Shown here: in pieces, positions 48,180 through 58,439 of the stretch
How positions within the stretch are numbered: position 1 is the stretch's first letter
How the letters are laid out: each line of letters begins with the position of its first letter
Assembly: GCA_011109175.1 (NCBI GenBank)
Contig: RDEW01000022.1
Location: 925,339-989,338 of the forward strand
Length of the DNA: 64,000 bases
Reading direction: 5' to 3'
Source: Dicyema japonicum
Taxonomy: Eukaryota; Animalia; Dicyemida
Position numbers and translations under genes: made by a program
Notes under the pieces: generated by a model
What the model was told of the DNA's origin: nothing
Database searches by the model: none
Seen by the model: the letters and a program-made list of their open reading frames with translations, nothing else

Positions 48180-49897
48180 AGCTGAGTAGGGTTTCATGTG
48201 AACATTAGTCGGTCTTAAGCACGTTGAAATGGCTGTTTTAGCCAAAGTGCGAAAGTATTAGGTTAATATTCCCGAACCTGAGCTGGCTGTGATGCTTTTG
48301 TTGGAGTCTAAGACGGTAGGCATTTCGGGAAGAGTTATATTTTCTTTTAAATGGTCGATTTCGCTCAAATGGCTTAGCCTGAAAGATAAAAGTTGTTGGT
48401 GATAGAGACCTTATCCGCAAAGCATGGCAGTTTCTGCCGTGTCCGATGCATGTCTGTCATGTCATAAAACGCCTGTAACAGTTTAACAGTATTGGGCTGT
48501 ACCAATAACCGCAGCAGGTCTCCGAGGCTATCAGCCTCTGGTGAATAGATACACGCTGATAAGGGAAGTCGGCAAATAAATATGTACCTTAGGTAAAAGG
48601 ATTGGCTCTACGGGTTGAGCCTATATTGTTCTATTTCTGTTGTGATAGTTTGCTATTGCTTGAGATAAGGGGGACATTGAAGTTGATGATGGAATCTGAC
48701 TGTGTAATAACAACAAAGCAGTGTGATAGCCGGTGACGGTTTTGACGCAGTGTGATTTCTGCCAAGTGCCCTGAATGTCAGCGTGAAGAGATTCACTTAA
48801 GCACCGTTTACTATGACTCTCTTAAAGTAGCCAAATGCCTCGTAATTTGACTGATAACGCACTTGAATAGACTAACGAGATTCCCACTGTCTCTATCAGC
48901 ACTCTAGCGAAACCACAGCCGGGGTAACGGGCCCGAAGAATCAGCGGGAAAAGAAGACCCTTTTGAGCTTGGACTCTAGATTGGCATTGTAAGAGAACAT
49001 AAGGGATTTAGTGTAGGTGGGAGTTGATTTATTAACGACAATGTAACACAACTGCCTCAGTCGTCTTTCACTAATTCAGTAATTCCGAACTATTTTATCC
49101 GGGAAGGTTATAGTGCAAGACCCTATATGGGTCGTTCGGATCTGAAAACAGTGTCATTTGGGGAGTTTGGTTGGGGCGGTACATCTGCTAATCGATAATG
49201 CAGATGTCCAAAGGTGAGCTCAGGCGGAACAGAAATCTGCCATGGCGCGAAAGGGTAAAAGCTCGCCTTATTTGCATGTTCAGTACGTATGCAAAACGGA
49301 CTGCGTGGCCTATCGATCCTTTTGCTTTTAGAAGCTTTAAGCTAAAGGTGACAGAAAAGTTACCACAGGATAATTGGCTTGTGGCGCCCAAGCGTATATA
49401 GCGACGGCGCTTTTTGATCCTTCGATGTTGGCTCATCCTATCATTGCGAAGCATAAATCGCAAAATGTTGGATTGTTCACCCACTAACAGGGAACGTGAG
49501 TTGAGTTTAGACTATCGTGAGATATGTTAGTTTTACCCTTCTGATTTGGTGTCGTTCCAACAGTAATTCTGCATATTACGTGAGGAACTACAGAGTCAGA
49601 AATTTGGTTAATGCTCTTGACTGAAAAGTCAGTGGTGCGAAGCTATCGTCTGAAAGATAATAACTGAACGCTGGAAGCAACGATATTGTGGAGTGCTCTA
49701 ATATAGCAAGACTATGCTTGTATTCTGCTATTACCTTGTTGTCGAAAGGTCCTAAAAGTAGGCATGATCACCAAGGTGAATTGCATTGAGAGTACTGTGC
49801 TAAATCACATGTAGATAACATTTATTGGCATGAGAACTGTACGTATAAAAGCTGCTTTAGTGCCGATCTACTGAGGTCCATCTCTTTGCCAAAGATT
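48180..49897 (+). rRNA. 28S (LSU) rRNA, 5'-truncated orphan copy (3' ~1.7 kb); probable pseudogene
   Basis: Conserved blocks TAACCGCAGCAGGTCTCC, TAAGGGAAGTCGGCAA, ATGACTCTCTTAA.GTAGCCAAATGCCTCG, CAGAAAAGTTACCACAGG, GATCCTTCGATG, GGATTGTTCACCCACTAA occur in correct order. No 18S, 5.8S or 5' part of the 28S upstream. Confidence 0.9.
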
Positions 49898-49939
49898 TGT
49901 CCGTTTATCGGACGACCTTTAAAGGAAATTGGGTTAATC

Positions 49940-50267
49940 GGGCCTTAATTTTTTCTTAAATATTCAAATGGGTATTTTGTATTATCATGGCCAAACCCGC
50001 AGGGATAAGATTCGTCACATTGGTTTATTAAATGCACGACAAGTACGTTGAGGGGATATGGTGATAAGCAATTAAGGCCTTTGGACTTGTATATTTTTTA
50101 CAAATAGGTCAAATGGGTGTTTTCATATTCACCGCCATTGGCAGGCATATAGAAAGTAACATGGGTTTATAAATGAACCAAAAATAAGCTGAGGGTATAT
50201 GGTGATAAGCAATTGTAGCCTTTGGACTTGTATATTTTTAACAAATAGTCAAATGGGTGTTTTTCAT
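49940..50267 (+). repeat. IGS-like subrepeats downstream of 28S (~141-bp period)
   Basis: GAGGG.ATATGGTGATAAGCAATT...GCCTTTGGACTTGTATATTTTT.ACAAATAG.TCAAATGGGTGTTTT at ~50047 and ~50188, with a partial copy at ~49940. Confidence 0.8.
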
Positions 50268-50269
50268 TA

Positions 50270-51201
50270 ACTATACCATTTCATGCTTAAAGTGGGTCTT
50301 ACCAAAAGCAAAGTGGTACTTACCAAAAGCAAAGTGGTACTTACCAAAACAAAGTGGGTCTTACCAAAAGCAAAGTGGTACTTACTAAAAGCAAAGTGGT
50401 ACTTACCAAAACAAAGTGGGTCTTACCAAAAGCAAAGTAACACTAAAATTATTTAATAAACAAAATAAATTGGAATAGCAGAAAGATTGGAATGGCCATA
50501 CTCCGAGGGAACTCGTTCGCTATCCATGCAGCAGGCTACCTCAACTAACATTTGTTTCTTTCGTCAATAAATTTTTTAATTACATGCAAAAAAATAATTA
50601 AAAATAAATAAACTAAATTATTTAATAATGTCATGAGAGGACAAGGTTCACTTTCAGTTTTATGAAGCTCGAATGGTTTCTTTCGAAACAAGTGGAGTCG
50701 AATGGTTTCTTTTGAAACATTTAAGCTGAAATTAGAATTTAAAAGAATTCTCAAGGCCTCAAGAGTAATCCTAGGGTTAATTTCGAGCTGTTCGACACAA
50801 TAATTTTTATGTTGATCAAGAAATTTTTTTGCGTTTGACCCCCTCGCTGATCAGGTTTGTCCTTGTTTTTCAACCAACGATAAGCAGTAGTCTTCGGAAC
50901 ATCGAGAGATTTTGCAAGTTCCCTCCAGTCACCATCTCCCTCATAGGCCCCGATAATAAGATTTTTCTTAATTGCAGCTTCAGACTTTTTATTTGCGCAG
51001 GCATACAAATGAAAAAATGAAATATTTGCGCAGACACGCGAAAATATAGGTTTTTGCTTCGTCACTTTTGCAATTGATCTCGAAACTTTTGCATTTTTTG
51101 CACACGGTTCAAAAACAAAAATTATTTTTCGTTCCACTTTGCTTTTTGTAAGAATCACTTTGCTTTTGGTAAGACCCACTTTAAACCTGAAATGGTATAG
51201 T
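50270..51201 (-). mobile_element. Internally deleted Tc1/IS630-like DNA transposon with modular TIRs
   Basis: Inverted ends ACTATACCATTTCA..TTAAAGTGGGTCTTACCAAAAGCAAAGTG. Left end has ~7 tandem ~20-bp units (50288-50437), right end 2-3. HTH region LIIGAYEGDGDWRELAKSLDVPKTTAYRW...RGG. Confidence 0.75.
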
Positions 51202-51599
51202 TGAAACCACAGGCATAAGGTTTGAAAACATTGGTCTATTAAATTCACCAAAAATACGCTAAGAATATATGCTGGAAAGGTAAAAATAAGACCCCCCATT
51301 GCCAAAATATGTATCGTGGTGATTCTAGCCAGATATTGGCTGATTAAAGCATTGGTATTATTAAATCAGGCCTCGTAATAGGCCCGAATTAGTAATATCT
51401 TGTGAATAAGTAAGTAATTTATGTAAAGAAAAAGCACTGTAAATTAAGTGACGGGGGAAGTAATATGAAACGGTAGGGCATGCCACCGACTTTTACCCCG
51501 ACAGTCTCCCCAAAAAATCCGTAAACACAGGGTCATCTCTGAAGATATGTGGGAGATACTTTAGTGCGATTTTTGAAACCTCGAATAAGATTTTCGATA

Positions 51600-51860
51600 G
51601 TTCCGACAACCTTGCACATTTTTACTTCCAACCATAGGGGAATCGGCATACGGGGACTTATCTCTAAACAAGCGTTAGAGCAAAATTTCGCGTTTTCTCA
51701 AATTTCTTGAGGATAGAGTCTCTCTTTTTCGAATCGTACCATCTTCTAAACCGTATAACATTGCAGGTAGTATTGCAGTGTTGAAGACATAAACAATGGT
51801 CTCCGGAATAACCAGGTATTTGCTAGACAATAGAAAATCGGGCCACCTAATAGACACTAA
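51600..51860 (-). mobile_element. RTE-like RT C-terminal fragment
   Basis: VFNTAILPAMLYGLE resembles RTE xFxxxVLPxMLYGxExW. Confidence 0.45.
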
Positions 51861-51989
51861 AAAAGAAGTGCGTGGGTAATATGGCCAAACTTATAAAGTT
51901 AGCATTTATAGATTGTAAAAAAACCCAGTGGACTATTAAAATTATAACTATAAACAAGGAAGCCCAGTAACTGTCGTGTTGAGTATCCA

Positions 51990-52744
51990 TTGATTCCTTG
52001 CAGTAGGTGGACAGCCTGCCGTCCAATTGTCGAATGGATAGAAAATGATCCGATGAAATCTTCGAAAACTGATAGGGCTAATGAGAATAGTCAACATTCT
52101 ATGTTAAATTTTTGCTTATCTATAGGACGTTGAATTAAGTCTAACAACAAAATTGGCCTACTAATTAGTGCTTTAGTGAACGATGATTTAATTTTAAATA
52201 AGTCGATATTTTCGACAAAGATTTTTTCGTTTATCTGCACCGTCCACATTTTTACAAAACATGACTGAATCTATGTCTTTCAATAATTTATAACCTGAGT
52301 TAAGGTTTTCACTAACACTTTTGGACGGTATCATTTTGTAAATATCATAATCGATTTCACTATCTTTAAATATTCTTTGCGAGAAATGTCAGATCGTAAG
52401 TTATTCAACATATTTTATCCTCTTTTACTTCTCAGATCATCAATAGATCTACGAGAAATAGGTGCATTATATTTTTGAAAAAAATTCTGAAATTTTTATC
52501 GAAGGTACATATTCGATTTAACAAACTTTAAATTAGCAATTTTTTGTTTGTTTTTTAATCCTTTACAATTACGTTTCATTAAAACAACAATAAACAATGA
52601 CAACGTGTTATTAAGTTATTCAAAAAATTAAGAGACATGGTAGGTTCATTAAAAAAATCTGGCGGAATAGAGAAATTTGTTAGTAAAAATGGCGGATTAG
52701 AGAATTTATTAGTTAAAATTGGCGGGTTCGAGAGACTTTACTGT
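51990..52744 (-). mobile_element. pogo-like remnant with 5' TIR and three ~30-bp subterminal repeats
   Basis: Reverse complement TA|CAGTAAAGTCTCTCGAACCCGCC; GGCGGATTAGAGAA..TTAGT x3; F.KYNAPISRRSIDDL HTH-like translation. Confidence 0.5.
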
Positions 52745-52899
52745 ATTTCTAAGAATTCAGTTATCCAAGACTTGTGTTGACAGTTGTCCATCTTCAAAGA
52801 CAATGATAACACCATGTTGTGAAGTATCATTCTAAATTCTCTCATGTTGGAGAATAAAGGGAAAATATTTTGAAGACTTCATGTCATAATCGGAGATAA

Positions 52900-53335
52900 A
52901 TACTTTGTAAAACGTTATAACCAAATTAATGGAGGAATTGTGGATATTTATTGCCTATTACGTGGCAATCCTTGAGGATTTCAATCTGCAACAAGATATA
53001 CACCCCTCGTTGATCCAGTTTCCGGTCGACAGACCTCAAAGTATTCCTGGAATTAAAAACCAGCACAAGATTATGTTCTCAAGGAAGAGATCCGTGAGGG
53101 GTCATGTATCTTGGAGGAGGAGAATATATATGTTGATGATTATGCACGTCATGTTGTTGAGTGTTATCTGATCTCCAATAGGTATCAGGTAGAAATGTGG
53201 AGCGTTTGTTTTCCTGTATTAATTCAATGTCCACGTCGTGCGAAGATAAAAATTCCATCAACTCGTCTCTTTTTCGAAAGATCCCGTTAATGCTTAATTG
53301 CAGAATTGTTAGTTATTCCGATGGAGATTATGGAA
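52900..53335 (-). mobile_element. LINE AP-endonuclease fragment (Jockey/I-like)
   Basis: LTILQLSINGIFRKRDELMEFLSSHDVDIELIQE...IYSPP. Confidence 0.5.
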
Positions 53336-53494
53336 ACACTGTTACTTAATAAATATTATATTGCATCACCAAGTCCATTATATCATCTTCGTTTACTACA
53401 GATTTAACGAAATAATAACAAACCATAGATATTTGTGAACCAAGATTTTTAGTAAAAGTTTGTGTGAGTAGAAACATTCACCATGACAAAGCGT

Positions 53495-53915
53495 ATTTTA
53501 TTATTATAGGTACGCGATGCCAAGAAAGCATATGCAACACGAAAAGTTAACAATCTAATTAACGTCCCCCATCTTTTTCGATCCGTTGCCATGTTCCGTA
53601 GCGTGAGATCTTCATCTAGAATAACCGGCAGTATGTGTCCAAAGAGCCTCCATCTTGAATCAGTAATCTCACATGATATTGGCTCAGTTCCTGTTCTCTT
53701 GTATAAGATTTCAAACTCCTTCGATATTTTTGTCTCTTGGAAACATCCGATTGATATCTTGTATTTTGAAAGGTCTTCACAAAGTTCTTTTATTTCCATG
53801 CACTAGAGAGTCCTTTGACATTGAACGTTAAAAGAGAGAAGTCATTTAGGTTGCAATTTTCGTGTTTTTCAGACAATACTTTTCAAGAGGGACGTCTCCA
53901 CCTCAACCAAAAAGC
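53495..53915 (-). mobile_element. Short internally deleted RTE derivative (~420 bp: head + APE start fused to RT C-terminus + tail)
   Basis: Head TTTTTGGTTGAGGTGGAGACGTCCCTCTT; TFNVKGL..CEDLSKYKISIGCFQETK joined to LYKRTGTEPIS.EITDSRWRLFGHIL...MATDRKRW; tail CTTTTCGTGTTGC...CTATAATAATAA. Confidence 0.85.
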
Positions 53916-54099
53916 GTATTTTATATTTTAAATTATTTATTATTATTTAACAAATAAATTTGTTTTTAAATTATTTTATTAACAATCATAAGGTGACTTA
54001 TTTGAAAGCAAAGGTTGACTCATTTGAATGGACAACGAGTTAATTGATGTGGAAAATGACTAATATGAAGTGGAAACCCTGTAATGATGTCATTAATTT

Positions 54100-54410
54100 T
54101 GGCTTCATTTGATCCACCCCTCATGTGGCCCCTAGTGCCAGGCTGGCACGGAAAAGGATAATTTTCTCTCTCCCAATTTACTGGAAAGGTTTCCACAACT
54201 TCAAGGAATGGACGTCTTTTATTTTTTATGCTGGTTCTGGATTGCCTTGTGTGACGCTGAAGTACTCTGTTTCTGTAACAGTGAAAACTGGTTACACTTA
54301 ACTGTAGTTTACTGTTAACCTCTTTCTCGGTGTATCTGCCATTATTATTATAGGCACGTACGCGATCATGACAAACAAAGCATGCGCAACACGAAAAGTC
54401 TGCGGTTAAT
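54100..54410. mobile_element. SINE-like family copy (+, 54100-54340) abutting an RTE 3' tail (-, 54341-54410)
   Basis: Core and tail as at 42860-43050 and 2900. The adjacent reverse complement CTTTTCGTGTTGCGCATGC...CGCGTAC..CTATAATAATAA matches the tail at 53500. Confidence 0.7.
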
Positions 54411-54639
54411 AAAAAAATTAATTTGAAAAAAATTCAACTCTGTGAAACGCTCATGGGATATCATTGAAACTTACTTTAACGTTAGGTCGCCTGTATGAGC
54501 AATACATAGAAATATCTATCAGTTACGGATGCGACGCATCTGCGAAAATATATCGAAAACAATTCTAAAGGAGATCAAGCATTTTCTGTTTTAACTAATG
54601 GATCTCTAAAAGAGTAATCGACCCGTAAAAGATTCTACC

Positions 54640-54830
54640 TTATTTCAGATTATAGTCAAGAGGACTGCGTGAAATTAATCTCAAGCTATTTCTTTCTGAT
54701 TTGCGACAATACAAAATTTACGTGTTATCCATTCAAGAACACCGATCTAAGATGAGAGTACAACTGATGGAGGCTTCTTGCTTTTAATGGTGATTTTTTG
54801 TTATTAAAAAGCTTATAAATTGTGAGATTG
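54640..54830 (+). mobile_element. RTE APE fragment
   Basis: RGLRE...LSDLRQYKIYVLSIQEHR. Confidence 0.45.
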
Positions 54831-55379
54831 TTGTGGAGATTTATACTCGGCTATTTTCCATAAATTTATTTACTAAGTGATCTTTGGGGTAATAATAATA
54901 TTTAGAAGCCAGGGATCACCGAGAAAGACAGAAAAAACGTCAGCAGTTAGTTAATCCCTGTACCCGCAATCAGCAGAGCCATCCAACGTATGTGATCTCC
55001 CAATGTTCTCACCATCGTACGAGTGTCCGACGGAATTTATTTCAATATAAAATAAATTAAAACTCTTCCCCGTTATTGTCAATAAATAATATTTTATTGT
55101 TAAAAAAATTAAAAAAATAAATTTATATTCAAAAAAATTAAATTAAAAATGATATGTCACAGAAATAACTCACCAGCCTGATAAATCGCCTCTTTCACAT
55201 ATCGAATTAGAGATCATTATAATATAAATGACCATTACTCTCTTTGCTTTACTAAATAAACCAATTGAAGCGTGTCTATTCAAAAAATATATAAAAACTT
55301 GGACAATTTAAATAATTTTTACGATTTTAATTAATATTTTAAAAATCCTTAGGGTTTTTTTCAGTGTCAGGAATGTTAG

Positions 55380-56040
55380 GGATATTTACATTATTAGCGT
55401 TTTAGAGTCAAAGTTTTTTAGGTTTTGGATCATTGTTGGGAACAATATCGAAGGTTTTCCAAAAAACTCGATAAATAAATAAAAAACATTATTTTTTAAA
55501 GTAATCAGTTGTTTTCTCTTTATAAATTATTTTTTATTTCTACCGTCACTTTATTTTTGAATTCATTAAAATCATGAAGATAGACTGGAATCAAATCAAA
55601 AATGTTTGCCTCTAGGTTTTCCATCAAACTTAATTTTTTTGATATTGTGGTCCACAGTCTACATCCTCATAGAGATATGCAATATTTACTTCTAATAAAA
55701 ATCTGAATCATCCCCTGATCACAAAAAGTAGAATCACCTAATAATGCTTTGATTCATGCCTCTGTTTGAATTTCTCTAACCACCCATTTGAAGTTTTTAT
55801 TTTTCAAAGCCCATTCTCGAAGAAAATCTGATGAAGTTGATTTAGAGTTCCAGAAACTGGAAAATTCTGGTCCCTAAACACTAAAAGATATCCATGACTT
55901 TTTCGTCCAATCTGTTTTTATTTTCACTTTTAAATAGAGGTACAATTATTGGAGCTTGAGTAAAGGAATCCTCTTTCGATAAATGGTAGAATATTTTTTA
56001 TACAAAAATAGTTCCCTTGCTTGCATCGTACATGATAGAT
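55380..56040 (-). mobile_element. pogo/Tigger transposase remnant
   Basis: LDEKV...NFPVSG.L...SNGWLEKFKQRH, the CENP-B HTH signature. Confidence 0.6.
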
Positions 56041-56084
56041 AAGCTCCTTAACAATGTTCCTTTTTTAAAGATGACCTGTAATCT

Positions 56085-56330
56085 TTCATTTTGTTTCACG
56101 ATTCAAAGCAACTACAATCTGGAAGAATAAGTGGAAAATCGCTTCGCTTCCTAAAGAAACTTGGACGCTTAGCTACACTAAAAAGCCACGACGCACGTGA
56201 GACCCGGTGGCTACTCCAGTTGATCTCTGTTGCAATCGTGAGAGGCAACGCAACGTCGATAATGTCGGCGGGGTCCACTTGGATGGATGTCAGTTTTAAA
56301 TATGCTTTACTGGGGATAAATTAACTGATT
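56085..56330 (+). mobile_element. CRE-clade retrotransposon 3' fragment
   Basis: SG.ISG.SLRFLKKLGRLAT..SHDARETRWLLQLISVAIVRGNATSIM. Confidence 0.72.
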
Positions 56331-56643
56331 ATTTTATTTATTTGATCAACACAAGAAATTTGAAATGACATGTAATTTTTAAAATATTTATTATAATTAA
56401 TTATAAAATTAATATAAAATTATATAATTAATTTTATAAATTTAATTTAATTCTTATGGTAAATTATAGAGCGTCACAAAACAGAGTTTCCCCAAAAATA
56501 GAGGTGCCCCACCTCATAGGTGTGTTCCAAATAGAGGTCGGACTGTAGCACTAAGAGATATTTTATCAGACTAGGAATATATCAAACTGTGACAAAATAT
56601 AACATGTTTATTAGTTATTCTTATTAAGAGTTATTCTGTTAGT

Positions 56644-57450
56644 TTAGTCCATTTCAAGGGTACGGTATGCCTTGATCGTGAGATAACTAGAACCTGACAT
56701 CATAATTAGTAAGCAACACGACAGGGCAGTGATAGATCCAATAATTATAGCAGAGTATTTTTCCACCAATTTTTTGAGTTTCTCGAGACAGCCGAAATTG
56801 GCATTAGACACCTCCGAATGCAATTTGCTGTTGAGCGTGCATTCCTTAATGATTTCTTTGCTATCCGACATGCAGCAGCTCTCTGGCATTATGGGGGAAC
56901 TGGCTTGCTTCGTCTTCCAATGCTTTGTGTGCTGAAAATCGGTGTAATTCACCACTCCGCAGCATTTGAGTGACTTTTGCAGAAAGTCCCAGGCTTTCGT
57001 GAACACGTGGTTTTTGTTTGTCGAGTAGCGTTCTCTGAGACTATTTTGGAGGAAAAGCTGGGTATGTGAGAGGACATCGTTTTCGTAAGTAGTGAGGACA
57101 ATCGTGGAAATTAGAACGAACATCAAAATCATAAACAAAAAGAAGGAGTAGATCATAAGTAATATTCGGTTCCCTTTGGCGGCACCGAGGATTCCAAAAA
57201 GACAGACCGTAATGATAAACGCGGAAACGGAGATGATGACGTACGAGAATTGGGTATACAACATTTTCAGGTCTTCGTTTGAGGGATCGGATTTATACGT
57301 GACGATAATTTCATCGGCCCCAAAAGTCATCAGAAAATGACGTGGATTACTCAACATCCATATTCCCCCACTTAATAGAATAACGCCCACCAAAAAAACA
57401 GAATATTGAAAGTCATCACTATTGGGTAACTAATCTGTGGCCCATCATCA
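56644..57450 (-). CDS. Tetraspanin
   Basis: Four hydrophobic segments, FGILGAAKGNR.LL, large loop with LKCCG, PESCC and GC. The start lies upstream of the 249-aa ORF (a T7 run at ~57392-57398 breaks the frame VMTFNILFF). Confidence 0.92.
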
Positions 57451-58037
57451 TTCAACTCTTTACTGCAAAACTATGCGTTACTATAAATTTCGATTATGTG
57501 CAATATCAGGTTGTTAAGACATCTGAATATTGAAACATCTGTTTGTAAATATAACGCAGTGACACACTTGAAATCTGTTTTTTTATTGATTGGCGTACTG
57601 GTTAGTGAAATTATGCAATTGACAACATTGATTTGACGAAAGTGACAATAATCCATTTTTGGATTTTTTCTATGCTAGAAAAAATAAGAGAGAGAAAGAT
57701 CGATTGTAGTGTTGGAATTTGCAAGAGAATCAGGGAGACGAAACATTAGTAGAAAACCATGCTTAAGCAGCCAAGAGAAATTGAAATTCTTGCGGAGGAT
57801 GGCTATTCCAAGTCGTTGTGAAAAACATTTTCATTCGTGAGGGTCTCATTGCCTATTTGTTGACACTTAGTCATCCTCCAACCGTTCTAGAGATTTGTAG
57901 ACGATTTTAATGAGGGCGTCTAAAAAAACATGTAATATTGACAAATCTTTCAATCACGTTTTTTAAGACTAAACGAATTTAAATGGAAAATCAATCTCCT
58001 AATTTTTGCATAAAAATTAAAAATTTGTTTAAAAAAA

Positions 58038-58109
58038 TGCATCAGCCGGGAATCGAACCCGGATCACAAGGTTGGAAGCCTTGCATAATAACCATTATAC
58101 AACTGATGC
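58038..58109 (-). tRNA. tRNA-Gly (anticodon TCC)
   Basis: GCATCAG/CTGATGC acceptor stem, CAAGG-CTTCCAA-CCTTG anticodon arm, CCGGG-TTCGATT-CCCGG T arm, 72 nt, followed by an oligo-T terminator. Confidence 0.96.
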
Positions 58110-58239
58110 ATTTGAAATCTGTCGATCATCATTCCCTGAGTTTGGAGGATTGTCTAAACATAACCAAAATTGATTTTGTATGTTATTAGAGCAAACAGAG
58201 TTGACCATATTCGATTCACTAGTACTTTGATGGATATCA

Positions 58240-58430
58240 CTTTATTTATATTTTATTTATTCATTAAGCGCAGATACCATTAGTAAATGTGTCCAGTTCA
58301 CACGGTCGCAGAACTATCTCCAATATCATCCACGAGTCCACTAGAACGATCGGAAATGGAAAATACATTCGACCAATTAACTAGGGGAATCGAACCTACA
58401 ACCATCGCTATTGCGTGACATTTTATCACC
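58240..58430 (-). mobile_element. Possible tRNA-derived SINE
   Basis: B-box GGTTCGATTCCC without a full cloverleaf, a body motif TTC.GCG..CGTGTG.AAC also seen at ~18075, and an AAATAA-type tail. Confidence 0.4.
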
Positions 58431-58439
58431 AATTTTAAT

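Noticed and set aside
49188-49484. ORFs within the rRNA region
   Set aside because: Spurious frames over 28S sequence.
50751-51305. 184-aa ORF as a host gene
   Set aside because: It starts outside the transposon and reads through the TIR repeats into the transposase HTH, so it is a chance fusion.
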